IMG/VR virus record: IMGVR_UViG_3300046337_000201
Span: 11,161 to 75,160 of that record
Source: a virus
Strand: one strand, 5' to 3'
DNA length: 64,000 bases
In this document: positions 28,342 to 37,136 of the stretch, in pieces
How positions within the stretch are numbered: position 1 is the first letter of the stretch
Layout: every line of letters begins with the position of its first letter
The notes under the pieces: model-generated
The model's database searches: none
What the model was told of the DNA's origin: nothing
What the model saw: only the letters and a program-made list of their open reading frames with translations
Position numbers and translations under genes: made by a program

Positions 28342-29490
28342 TTAATCTAAATCCGCATAGGGGTCTTTTTCCTTCTTTGGTTGGTTAATAGTTTCATTCA
28401 AAATAATAGCTTCTGCAATTTCTTCTTCATCTAATGGAATAGAATCAGACTTTGCTTTTCTACCTCTTTTGCCATTATTAGTTCTATTCTTCATTGCTAG
28501 TTCGTAAGCACTTGGTGTTCCTTCTGCATCCTTCTTCCACTTTTTCTCTTTAGCCAATTGTTGAATAACTCGTGCCTTACCAGTGCTTGGAACTTGCATT
28601 TGTTGAACACTACTATTCATTACACTCTCATTTGTTTGAAAGTTGAAGTCAGCAGCATTAGTATTTATCGTTTGGTCATGATATACTTGTTGAGTAGGAG
28701 AAGGTGTTGTCGTTGGTTGTGTTGGATTTGGTTGAGTACTTGTTGGTCTACTCATTCCACTCTCTTTAAACGCTAATGTATGGTCTTTTATAATATTAAT
28801 CATATCATTCATAGTACCACGCATTTGAGCTATAATAACCCCTTTAACTGCAAGGTCTTTACCAAAAGCAAAAAGTAGATATTGCTCATCAGTCATACCC
28901 GCACCTCTTTTTTGCAATACTCTAATTAATGGAGGTTTTACATCTTTCTTAAACTCTTTACTTACGCTTAGAGTATCTTTATTTTGTTCATTAAATTCTT
29001 GAATAAACTCACCCGCAGTTATTGTCTTTCCATATTCATATGGTATTTCAATACCTAAATCTATCTCTCCTTCACTTTGTAACTTCCTAAGTTTTCTTTC
29101 AGGAAATTGTAATAGTTGATTACCAAAAACGTGTAATTGCTCATAGCCATCTAAAATCAGATTAGCCATGTGTTCAGCACCCATTTTCTTTTCAGCATCA
29201 GACAAGTCGTTCATCATAGGGTTTATTGGAGGAGGAGTGCTTTTAGCACCACCGCCACCACCACTAGGAGCCGCATCACCACCTAGCATATCGTAGGGAT
29301 TCTCGCCAGTGTCTATGGAGTGAGGTTGAAATGTTGGTTCAGGAATAGCATTTGTCATTTGTTCTTGACTAACACCTACCGATAAATTGGTATATGGTTT
29401 CTCGTTTACATTCTCAAAAAATGGATTGTAAGTTCTAGTAGGTTGACTAATAGGAGCTTCTTGCGTGGTTATTTTTTGTTCTTCACTCAT
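28342..29490 (-). CDS. Hypothetical protein, helical core with disordered ends (possible packaging accessory)
   Basis: 382 aa, upstream of the ATPase; role inferred from position only. Confidence 0.5.
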   Translation of the reverse strand: MSEEQKITTQEAPISQPTRTYNPFFENVNEKPYTNLSVGVSQEQMTNAIPEPTFQPHSIDTGENPYDMLGGDAAPSGGGGGAKSTPPPINPMMNDLSDAEKKMGAEHMANLILDGYEQLHVFGNQLLQFPERKLRKLQSEGEIDLGIEIPYEYGKTITAGEFIQEFNEQNKDTLSVSKEFKKDVKPPLIRVLQKRGAGMTDEQYLLFAFGKDLAVKGVIIAQMRGTMNDMINIIKDHTLAFKESGMSRPTSTQPNPTQPTTTPSPTQQVYHDQTINTNAADFNFQTNESVMNSSVQQMQVPSTGKARVIQQLAKEKKWKKDAEGTPSAYELAMKNRTNNGKRGRKAKSDSIPLDEEEIAEAIILNETINQPKKEKDPYADLD

Positions 29491-29497
29491 TTAATTA

Positions 29498-29908
29498 CTA
29501 TTTAAAGTTTTCTATTTTTTTATCTAAATCGTTTCTTATTTCTAAATAAGCTAAATCGTTTTTCTTTAGGTCTAATATCATTTGTCTATATCTAGTCAAT
29601 AACGCTTTATTCTTATTCTTGAATATATTTTTCCTAATCTCCCCTAAAGACATTTTTTGATATAGATAATGTACGCAAAAACCTATTGCATACTTTCTTT
29701 CCCCTCTTACATATCTGCTATACAATAAATCTTCTCTTGTTATTGTGAATTTTTCACAAATAGCATCTATTACATAAGATTCATAGCCATCAGCTATTTC
29801 AGAAACTTTATGATTACTCTCTAGCATGTTTAATGTGTTCTTATAACCTCTATTTTTAATGCTAACTAGTAATGTTTCTAGTAATTCTACGTTTTGATTT
29901 TGATTCAT
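29498..29908 (-). CDS. DnaA C-terminal-like HTH protein
   Basis: VIDAICEKFTITREDLL...R...YLYQKMSLGEI. Confidence 0.55.
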   Translation of the reverse strand: MNQNQNVELLETLLVSIKNRGYKNTLNMLESNHKVSEIADGYESYVIDAICEKFTITREDLLYSRYVRGERKYAIGFCVHYLYQKMSLGEIRKNIFKNKNKALLTRYRQMILDLKKNDLAYLEIRNDLDKKIENFK

Positions 29909-29927
29909 GCCTTAATTTTATACAATA

Positions 29928-29935
29928 CAAATATA
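29928..29935 (-). promoter_or_regulatory. Bacteroidota-type -7 element TATATTTG
   Basis: TAnnTTTG about 20 nt upstream of the 29908 start. Confidence 0.55.
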
Positions 29936-29943
29936 TTTACAAT

Positions 29944-30348
29944 TTACCAATCTTTAATTATTTTTTTTAAATATTTTGTGCTTTCTTTAAACCACACTTT
30001 ATCTATTACTCTTAGCTTAATAGTAGGATGGTATTTAGCCATTCTTTTATACTTAGTTCTATCTTTACTAGTTTCATATCCTTTTACCTCAAAGTATTCA
30101 AAATTACCACTTGGAAATAAAACTTTCCAATCTGGTTTATAATTGTTAGTACCACGCTTTATACCATCAAACCAAAAAGTATCAGGTTCATACCAATAAT
30201 CTACTATATGACCATGTTTTTTCATAAATGATAAGTATAAGCAGTATCTACGTTCCCAATTTGATTTTAAATACATCCTCTTATCATCTATTTCAAACCA
30301 ACCTTTTTGTGTTGCTGCTACATTTCCACCATTATGTGTTAATTGCAT
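29944..30348 (-). CDS. PD-(D/E)xK endonuclease
   Basis: KSNWE...YEP...YKPDW...EVKG. Confidence 0.8.
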   Translation of the reverse strand: MQLTHNGGNVAATQKGWFEIDDKRMYLKSNWERRYCLYLSFMKKHGHIVDYWYEPDTFWFDGIKRGTNNYKPDWKVLFPSGNFEYFEVKGYETSKDRTKYKRMAKYHPTIKLRVIDKVWFKESTKYLKKIIKDW

Positions 30349-31036
30349 TTTTTTCCTTTTTTTTCTTTAATGCTTCTTTTGTACATTTTGAAATTTTATC
30401 TTTATGTTCTTGTGTCATAATAGCCAAAACACTTTGCCTAACTTTTTCTTTTGATTCTTCTGACATTTTTTTCCCCTTATTCCATGCAATGCAACCTTTT
30501 CTTAAATTAGAAATCTTATTTTTAACTTCTTGTGACCTTTTTTTACCTAAATTAGATTTTGAAATTTTATCTTTGTGCTCTTGTGTAATATGTTTTCTTG
30601 GATTATTATTTAAAGACATTTTTTCTTTTATATGTATTGAATGCTTTTTACCATAATATGGATTTTTTTCACCACTTACCATATTTGAATATTTTTCCTT
30701 TCTTTCTTGAGTCCATGCATTTTTAATACTTATATTTCGTTTTATTTTTATATCTTCTGATAAATTTAATGTGCCTTCTCCTCCATCTGTTAAATTACAT
30801 AAATTAATCTTACTATTTTCTTTCCAAAATGATATAAGATATTTTTCAATTGAACAAGCCTCTTCCCAAATAATATTATTGTGAGTTATTTCAACTACAT
30901 AATCATATTTATTGACAACATTATGCCAATGATTATTTCTATTAATTTTTTTATATGCTCTTGTTTGATTTTTACCAATGCCAATATAAAAAATTTCATT
31001 ATTATCTTTTCTTCTATGTAGATAGACTATTGCCAT
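30332..31036 (-). CDS. GIY-YIG-like homing endonuclease with NUMOD3 repeats
   Basis: VYLHRR...FYIGIG...RA...E...NLTDGGEG; HSxExKxKIS repeats. Confidence 0.85.
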   Translation of the reverse strand: MAIVYLHRRKDNNEIFYIGIGKNQTRAYKKINRNNHWHNVVNKYDYVVEITHNNIIWEEACSIEKYLISFWKENSKINLCNLTDGGEGTLNLSEDIKIKRNISIKNAWTQERKEKYSNMVSGEKNPYYGKKHSIHIKEKMSLNNNPRKHITQEHKDKISKSNLGKKRSQEVKNKISNLRKGCIAWNKGKKMSEESKEKVRQSVLAIMTQEHKDKISKCTKEALKKKKEKNAINT

Positions 31037-31683
31037 TATAGTTTGTATTTCTCTTTAAATTCTTTGTCTTTTGTAATTAGCTCGTATATGTACATAGAAT
31101 AATCATTATCTGATTCATAGTGTACTCCTAAAAAGAGTCTACTATACTCAATGTCTTTGGCTAATTTTTCAAAATAATCAAATTTTTCAGGGAAATGGTT
31201 ACCCAAAACGTAGCAAATTAAATGTGCTTGTAGGGTATGACCACTTGGGTAAGAAGGGCTATCACTAGATTTGGTAGCGTATGGGAATAGCTTCAGCTTA
31301 TAAGCATGAGCTAATTGATATGGTCTAGGTCTTTGAAAAAAGAACTTTAACTTAATAAGTAATGGTAATGTATCATCTAGTAGTCTATCTACTATTTCAA
31401 TACCTTTTTCTCCTAACTCTTGTTCTACGATAACATCCGCAAATGTTTTAGTTAGTGATTTATCGTATGATTTATACCTTTTTAGAATTTCAGGATTATT
31501 CTTCATCACTTCGATATTGTCCACTAAAGCATTTAATTCCTCTCTAGTAGACTTTGAAGTGTTCTTAGGAAAACTAAATTTTATAAGTTGAGGTACATGC
31601 TTTTCAAGAAAACTAGTACCTTCTTGTTCTAAATAAGGCAAATGCTTTTGGAGTGGATTACCCCAAGTAATTGAATCTATCAT
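31036..31683 (-). CDS. PAP2-superfamily phosphatase/haloperoxidase-like protein
   Basis: KFFFQRPRP, YPSGH, SRLFLGVHYESD. Confidence 0.85.
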   Translation of the reverse strand: MIDSITWGNPLQKHLPYLEQEGTSFLEKHVPQLIKFSFPKNTSKSTREELNALVDNIEVMKNNPEILKRYKSYDKSLTKTFADVIVEQELGEKGIEIVDRLLDDTLPLLIKLKFFFQRPRPYQLAHAYKLKLFPYATKSSDSPSYPSGHTLQAHLICYVLGNHFPEKFDYFEKLAKDIEYSRLFLGVHYESDNDYSMYIYELITKDKEFKEKYKL

Positions 31684-31708
31684 TCTTTTATGGTTTTTTT
31701 ATTAAATA

Positions 31709-32128
31709 TTATCCAATCCTCATAAGAGGTCTCTTTCTCATCTTATCCATTCTACCACTTGCGTTCATTTCAGCTTTTTGAGCTGCGATTGAACTTTCAA
31801 GCTTTTGAAGTTTTGTGCTTAAGTCAGCATATCCTGATTTCTCAAGCATCATCATAAATCTAGTGTATTGAACTTGATATATAATAGCTCCAAAAACGAT
31901 AGCCATAAAAGTAACATCCAATACATTTATATCTTCAAAGAATGCTTTTATACCACCACTTTTTTTAATGAATGCACCGCCTCCACCACCCATATCATCG
32001 ACTCCACCCATAGGAGGTGTTGCCATTGGTGGGGTTGCCATTGGTGGGGTTGCCATTGGAGGAGTTGCCATAGGTGGTGTTGCCATTGGAGGTTGACCAC
32101 CCATATTATTATTTACTATTGGTTCCAT
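31709..32128 (-). CDS. Membrane protein with PPMAT repeats
   Basis: 5-6 PPMAT units, central TM, EMNASGR. Confidence 0.65.
   Translation of the reverse strand: MEPIVNNNMGGQPPMATPPMATPPMATPPMATPPMATPPMGGVDDMGGGGGAFIKKSGGIKAFFEDINVLDVTFMAIVFGAIIYQVQYTRFMMMLEKSGYADLSTKLQKLESSIAAQKAEMNASGRMDKMRKRPLMRIG
32009..32092. repeat. 15-bp coding tandem repeat (PPMAT)
   Basis: ttgccattggtgggg-type units with synonymous variation. Confidence 0.85.
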
Positions 32129-32132
32129 TTAA

Positions 32133-33245
32133 TTATTTCTTATATTTTTTATAAAGATAGTATGCTAAACCCGCAGCGGCTACATAGTACCAAAAATAAC
32201 TTTTCTTAGGAGCTACTGCTTTAGGTGTTTCATCAGGGAATGCACTTCCACCACCACCACCACTAGTCCCACCAATTGTTGGAGCAGTACCTAATCCTAT
32301 TGGAATATTTACATCCACTTGGTTACTAGGAGATTGAGTTGTTGTAGTTGTTGTAGTAGTAGTTGTTATAGTACCACTAGTTTCAACACATTGACCTAAA
32401 GTATCATCCCAAAGATAACCTGATGGACAAGGAGCATGACCTTGAGTTGGTGTTTTCATGCACATACCACTAGGTATGTCATAATAATAACCTGCTTCAC
32501 AATACATACTACCACCTATTGTTGTTGTACTTGTTGTTGTACTTGTTGTTGCCAATATACCTGATTCTCTTGTTGCAACTACATTGCTACCTTCAGTACC
32601 CGCAGTTGGTTGACCTGCACCTACATCTACTTTACTGCCAGGAATGCATTGATTACTTATAGCATCGTATACTAACCCATATCCGCAAATAGGCACACTA
32701 TCTTTACTTCTTGGAGTATCGGTAAGTGTTACACTTGCTCTTCCTTCCTCAACTGCTTTTCTTTGTGCATCAGTTAATAAAGCAGGATTAGGAGTAAGAA
32801 TATTTTGAATAGGCTCGGTAATTCTACCACCCGAAGAGTTTGGTTGTGCAACTAAACCCGCAGCGATGCCTGGACCTCTAACACCAGTTGTGTCATCAAA
32901 TACTTTAGCAGCGGCAGCAGCAGCTTCAGCGGCTCTTTGTTCTATTAATGCTAATTTTCTATCAGCAGCGGTTCCTACATCTTCTACACTCCCTTTAGGA
33001 ATGAAAGTTGTAATAGGAGCTACGCTTTCAGAAGTAGTTGAACTAGTAGTTGTACTTGGTACAATAGTAGACTTAATAGCCCTAACATCAGATGCTACGA
33101 CATTTTCATCAGGATTTGTGCTAGTAGCAAGTGCACCTACCGCATTTGCGTACTCGGCTTTGCCCTTAGTCTTACTATATACATGTTTCTTTGGTTTGAT
33201 AAATTTATCTTCACCATCGAAAATAATGACATTCTCTTTAGCCAT
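32133..33245 (-). CDS. Tail-anchored protein with poly-Thr linkers and three small Cys modules
   Basis: CGYGLVYD...C, CEAGYYYD...C, CPSGYLWD...C; C-terminal TM plus KKYKK. Confidence 0.65.
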   Translation of the reverse strand: MAKENVIIFDGEDKFIKPKKHVYSKTKGKAEYANAVGALATSTNPDENVVASDVRAIKSTIVPSTTTSSTTSESVAPITTFIPKGSVEDVGTAADRKLALIEQRAAEAAAAAAKVFDDTTGVRGPGIAAGLVAQPNSSGGRITEPIQNILTPNPALLTDAQRKAVEEGRASVTLTDTPRSKDSVPICGYGLVYDAISNQCIPGSKVDVGAGQPTAGTEGSNVVATRESGILATTSTTTSTTTIGGSMYCEAGYYYDIPSGMCMKTPTQGHAPCPSGYLWDDTLGQCVETSGTITTTTTTTTTTQSPSNQVDVNIPIGLGTAPTIGGTSGGGGGSAFPDETPKAVAPKKSYFWYYVAAAGLAYYLYKKYKK

Positions 33246-33260
33246 TTTTTTATTTTTAAT

Positions 33261-33995
33261 TTAACCTACCACTTTTTTATAAGTTATTCCAATTTTAGAA
33301 TCTCTCATCTTCTTTTTTGTTTCATCTGAATGCTTTCTCCCTAATTGAGCTTTAGCCATATTTTTTCTTATCTCTTCGTCAAAAACTCTTCCAAAGTTAG
33401 GATTTTTTTCTCCTTTTCTACTTTCACTCATTTTTAATTTGGTTTCCTCTGAAGCTTTCTTTCCTATTTTTGATAACCTCATTTTTTCCTTTGTTTCATC
33501 TGAATGCTTTTTCCCTAAATTAGCTTTTCTAAGTTTGTCTCTTGTTGATTCGCTATGAGTTTTACCAAGCCAATTAAATACAAGCTTTTCCCTTGTTTCA
33601 ATAGAAATAATTTTATTTTTATTAGCTTGTCTCATTTTTTCTATATGTTCAGGAGAAAGCTTTCTTCCAATTGCTTTATTTCTAATTTTATCTTTCCTTT
33701 CTTGAGTAAAAATAACTTTAGAAACACCATCTCCTCCATCAGTTAAATTACAAAGAGAACCATTAGATAAATCATTCCTACCATAAAAAGAAATCAAATA
33801 TTTTTCTATTGAACAAGCTTCTTCCCAAATTATATTATCATGAGTTATTTCAATAGAATAGCCAAATTTATTTACAATGTTATGCCAATGTTTGTTTCTG
33901 CCAATCTTTAAGTATGCTCTTTTAGATTGAGCTCCAATACCAACATAAAAAACATCATTAGTATCTAACCTTCGATGTAAATAAACTATTGCCAT
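33261..33995 (-). CDS. GIY-YIG-like homing endonuclease with NUMOD3 repeats, paralog of 30332..31036
   Basis: MAIVYLHRR...FYVGIG; shared IIWEEACSIEKYLISF. Confidence 0.85.
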   Translation of the reverse strand: MAIVYLHRRLDTNDVFYVGIGAQSKRAYLKIGRNKHWHNIVNKFGYSIEITHDNIIWEEACSIEKYLISFYGRNDLSNGSLCNLTDGGDGVSKVIFTQERKDKIRNKAIGRKLSPEHIEKMRQANKNKIISIETREKLVFNWLGKTHSESTRDKLRKANLGKKHSDETKEKMRLSKIGKKASEETKLKMSESRKGEKNPNFGRVFDEEIRKNMAKAQLGRKHSDETKKKMRDSKIGITYKKVVG

Positions 33996-33996
33996 T

Positions 33997-34122
33997 TTAT
34001 CCTTTTTTTAAAGAATTACTAGCTCTTTTAATAGCAGCAATCCAAGATTCACCCTCTTTTCTAATCTTTTTTGCAAGTTTAGAAATATCTGCAACATTGA
34101 TTTTTTTTGTAGCCTTTGCCAT
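33997..34122 (-). CDS. 41-aa basic protein, candidate DNA-binding core protein (not in ORF track)
   Basis: MAKATKKINVADISKLAKKIRKEGESWIAAIKRASNSLKKG. Confidence 0.6.
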   Translation of the reverse strand: MAKATKKINVADISKLAKKIRKEGESWIAAIKRASNSLKKG

Positions 34123-34140
34123 AATATTATTATTTTATAA

Positions 34141-34254
34141 TTATTTACCTTGACCTTTAGCCCATCCTGCTGAAGCTATACGAAATACTAAATAGATACC
34201 CGCTAAACCTAAAGCATAACCAATAACCATTGGTACTATATTTTTATTATTCAT
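34141..34254 (-). CDS. 37-aa membrane protein (not in ORF track)
   Basis: MNNKNIVPMVIGYALGLAGIYLVFRIASAGWAKGQGK. Confidence 0.65.
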   Translation of the reverse strand: MNNKNIVPMVIGYALGLAGIYLVFRIASAGWAKGQGK

Positions 34255-34309
34255 AACTATTTTTTTTTAAAATTACAATTTTTTAATTATATTTTGTTCT
34301 TATTATATT

Positions 34310-34630
34310 TTATTTTCTTGTTTGAGACCAATACCATAAACCATATATAGCTAAAGTACCTCCAATTAACCATCCCCACTTTGCTTTATTAGTCATTGCC
34401 TCTACTCCACTAACTTCTTTTATATTGTCAATTGGTAACGCAATTCTAGGTTGTGTTATAGTCCAATTAGGCTCTTCCCCATTAACATCGGTATATATAG
34501 TTACATCTTTAGGGTCTTTGGGGTTTGTGCTACCCTCAACGATTTCATCTACTAAAAATGCTCTATTAGCTTTAACTCCACCTATTTCATAAGTAGTGAA
34601 AGTATCTTTTAGTAATTTGTATTTTGCCAT
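34310..34630 (-). CDS. SH3-like domain with C-terminal TM
   Basis: beta-barrel-like pattern; WLIGGTLAIYGLWYW. Confidence 0.55.
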   Translation of the reverse strand: MAKYKLLKDTFTTYEIGGVKANRAFLVDEIVEGSTNPKDPKDVTIYTDVNGEEPNWTITQPRIALPIDNIKEVSGVEAMTNKAKWGWLIGGTLAIYGLWYWSQTRK

Positions 34631-34647
34631 ATTATTATATTTTATAT

Positions 34648-35094
34648 TTATTTATCTCCATTAAATGCATCGTTCCAAAATGTAGCTTCATCACCAACGA
34701 ATGACTTTGTTGGATTTTGAGCAAGTCTTTTTTTAACTTCTTTGTCTACTTCAATATTTTTATTAACTGCCCCTAGAACCAATCCCCCCGCTGCTATTGC
34801 TAATAACACTCTAGCATTGTTTTTGTATTTACCACCAAAAGCATATATACCTGAAAATAAAGCAACATACCATAATGAAGTCCATAAGTAATATTCCCCT
34901 GCTACATGCCATTCTAGGTTTTCAGCGGTAATTAAATTCTCATCGTAGTCTCTTTGTAACTTATTTACTCTTCTAAAATATATACCATCAAAAGGAGTAG
35001 GCATAGTATTAGCTATTGCCGCTGCTATCAATGCAGTATAAATTAATGTATTTCCATTTCCCTCTTTAACTACCTTACTTATTCCTAAATCCAT
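34648..35094 (-). CDS. Multi-TM membrane protein
   Basis: Three hydrophobic segments. Confidence 0.6.
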   Translation of the reverse strand: MDLGISKVVKEGNGNTLIYTALIAAAIANTMPTPFDGIYFRRVNKLQRDYDENLITAENLEWHVAGEYYLWTSLWYVALFSGIYAFGGKYKNNARVLLAIAAGGLVLGAVNKNIEVDKEVKKRLAQNPTKSFVGDEATFWNDAFNGDK

Positions 35095-35106
35095 AATATT
35101 TTACAT

Positions 35107-35634
35107 TTATGCGTTATATTCTATACATTTAACTCGATTCATCCAACCTTTAATAAACTTCTTTTGAGAAGGGTTTGCAGCTACTATTCTATTGTATCTA
35201 TCGGTTCTCATTTGTTTCAATGTATTGAATAACATTTTAGAATCACAAGAGTTAATAGCTTGAAGGGTTTTACTACCAATGATTGCATCAGGTGTAACCT
35301 TTAAAATACTTTGAACATATTTTGCAATTAGGTATTTACCTTGATTAATTGCTCCATCCACAATGTATTCAGCTAATGATTGATTTTTTATATTGTCAGC
35401 TTTGAAAAAGTCCCAATAAAGCTTTTTATAGACCATTTTAGCATCTTCTAATGTTAATGCTAATACATCGTCACAAGTGTATTTGCCATCATGGTTCTTG
35501 TCCAAATGGAACTCTATTAATGTCTCCAAAATAATTCCAAAATGAGTACAGCCGCCTAAATCAGTGGGGTCATTCTCGTACTTTGTACCTTCAGAAGATA
35601 ATATCTTAGGAAAGAAAATATCAAAATTAGCCAT
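35107..35634 (-). CDS. Endolysin, glycoside hydrolase family 108 with PG_binding_3
   Basis: EGTKYENDPTDLGGCTHFGI; QKKFIKGWMNRV. Confidence 0.88.
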   Translation of the reverse strand: MANFDIFFPKILSSEGTKYENDPTDLGGCTHFGIILETLIEFHLDKNHDGKYTCDDVLALTLEDAKMVYKKLYWDFFKADNIKNQSLAEYIVDGAINQGKYLIAKYVQSILKVTPDAIIGSKTLQAINSCDSKMLFNTLKQMRTDRYNRIVAANPSQKKFIKGWMNRVKCIEYNA

Positions 35635-35635
35635 G

Positions 35636-35851
35636 TTATAAGCTATTTGATTTTATTGGTTCATCATCAGAGAATAAATTCGATAAAAATTTACCTACGA
35701 ATGCAGAACTTAGAGTAACGTATGCTACTACTTTGTAATCTTGTGCAAATCCAATAGTAGATGCAGCTAATGCAGCTACACTTAGACTATCAGCGAACTT
35801 TCTTACCTTTTTAGGTGTAGGTTTCCAATATTCACTTATTCCAAATTTCAT
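35636..35851 (-). CDS. Putative holin
   Basis: Two TMs, YWKPTPKK, immediately upstream of the endolysin. Confidence 0.6.
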   Translation of the reverse strand: MKFGISEYWKPTPKKVRKFADSLSVAALAASTIGFAQDYKVVAYVTLSSAFVGKFLSNLFSDDEPIKSNSL

Positions 35852-35893
35852 AGTATAAATTTTTATTAATGCTTTAATAAATTAATGCTTTAA

Positions 35894-35901
35894 CAAATTT
35901 A
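35894..35901 (-). promoter_or_regulatory. Bacteroidota-type -7 element TAAATTTG upstream of the lysis genes
   Basis: TAnnTTTG in the intergenic gap. Confidence 0.5.
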
Positions 35902-35935
35902 TGCTAAAAAACCAAACAAATAAAAAAAACGTAAT

Positions 35936-36109
35936 TTATCTTACATAACCAACTATATCATCAATCTTATTAGTGATAGTTATTATATCATTATCTTGAT
36001 TAGTAAAATGTAGATAAAGTATATAAAATTGGAACGAAATTGAAATAACCACCCATGTTACTGCAAATACTAATATTACTTGCAAAAGGTTGTTTATAAA
36101 GTTTTTCAT
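35936..36109 (-). CDS. Small membrane protein (start re-called at MKNFINN)
   Basis: One TM; the shorter start avoids overlap with the upstream gene. Confidence 0.5.
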   Translation of the reverse strand: MKNFINNLLQVILVFAVTWVVISISFQFYILYLHFTNQDNDIITITNKIDDIVGYVR

Positions 36110-36134
36110 GGTTTTTGTTTTTTTAATGGTTAAT

Positions 36135-36416
36135 CTACCAAAGTAGTTTATCAGCAAACCAACCATTACTATTTCTAATATGTCTATCCGATTCGTGTCT
36201 TTGCTTATATAATTTTCTTCTATTGTCAGCATATTCTTTGCCATGCGTAACCTTGAATGTAGGATAATCCCCATATCCAATGGCTCCTATACTAGCTAAT
36301 TTTTCTCCTTTCTTATTAAACACATCAATCTTTTTGCCTTTAACTTGAGAAGGTTTAACAATGACTCCTAATTTAGAAGCTTGTTCTTTAGTGTATGGTA
36401 GAATATGATAAGCCAT
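36135..36416 (-). CDS. Tlr6F/DUF5754-like protein (start re-called at MAYHILPY)
   Basis: KKIDV...GAIGYGDY...RRKLYKQRH...WFADKLLW matches the recalled family signature. Confidence 0.7.
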   Translation of the reverse strand: MAYHILPYTKEQASKLGVIVKPSQVKGKKIDVFNKKGEKLASIGAIGYGDYPTFKVTHGKEYADNRRKLYKQRHESDRHIRNSNGWFADKLLW

Positions 36417-36418
36417 AA

Positions 36419-36952
36419 TTATTTTTTTCTTAAAACAACTGCTCCTAATGTCAAAGCTCCAACTATACCTGCAAAAATTAACCAACTATAATCAGTTTTC
36501 TCCTCTTCTTTTGGTGTAGCAATTGGCTCTACTTTTGGTGTAGGAGTTGGAGTAGGTGCAGGAGTTGGTTCTACTATTGGTGCAGGAGTAGGAATAGGTG
36601 CAGGAGTAGGACTAGGAATAGGTGCAGGTTGACCTTGAGCTTTTGCTAATTTTGCTCTTTCACGACCCTCAGCCATTTTTCTTAATTTTTCATCGTATGA
36701 TGCCTTGTTAAGATTGTATTTTTCAATTTTCTCAACTAATAGCTCGTCAAAATCATTTAAAGCATCTTCTGCTTCATTAATATCGTTTTCAATTTCATCT
36801 ACATCTTCAGCTTCAGCGGTTTCTAACGACTCTCTAAGTTGATTTACTTCATTAATACCTTTGTAATATTCACTAACCTCAGCGTTTAAGGACTTAGATA
36901 ATTTACCAATTTCTAATCCTAATTCTTGTGCTTTTTGTTCAAACTTTGTCAT
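36419..36952 (-). CDS. Tail-anchored coiled-coil protein with Pro-rich linker
   Basis: Acidic coiled coil, PTPAP repeats, C-terminal TM plus RKK. Confidence 0.65.
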   Translation of the reverse strand: MTKFEQKAQELGLEIGKLSKSLNAEVSEYYKGINEVNQLRESLETAEAEDVDEIENDINEAEDALNDFDELLVEKIEKYNLNKASYDEKLRKMAEGRERAKLAKAQGQPAPIPSPTPAPIPTPAPIVEPTPAPTPTPTPKVEPIATPKEEEKTDYSWLIFAGIVGALTLGAVVLRKK

Positions 36953-36982
36953 TTTGTTGGTTTTTTTGTATGTATAAAATTA

Positions 36983-37126
36983 CTATATTTTTTCTAATTT
37001 TTTCAAAGCATCTTCATAAGATACTGGAGTTTCATCAATTTTTTTATTTCTTTGATTTCTATAAAATAGCCAACCACCTAGTCCTATTACTAATATTGAG
37101 GTTATTATACCTAATTTCTTATTCAT
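36983..37126 (-). CDS. 47-aa membrane protein (not in ORF track)
   Basis: MNKKLGIITSILVIGLGGWLFYRNQRNKK... Confidence 0.65.
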   Translation of the reverse strand: MNKKLGIITSILVIGLGGWLFYRNQRNKKIDETPVSYEDALKKLEKI

Positions 37127-37136
37127 ATTAATTGAT

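Noticed and set aside
32009-32092. Possible CRISPR-like array
   Set aside because: Contiguous in-frame 15-bp coding repeats with no spacers; no cas genes
36110-36485. Long N-terminal extensions of ORFs 35936..36280 and 36135..36485
   Set aside because: They overlap neighbouring genes; internal ATGs at 36109 and 36416 give clean packing
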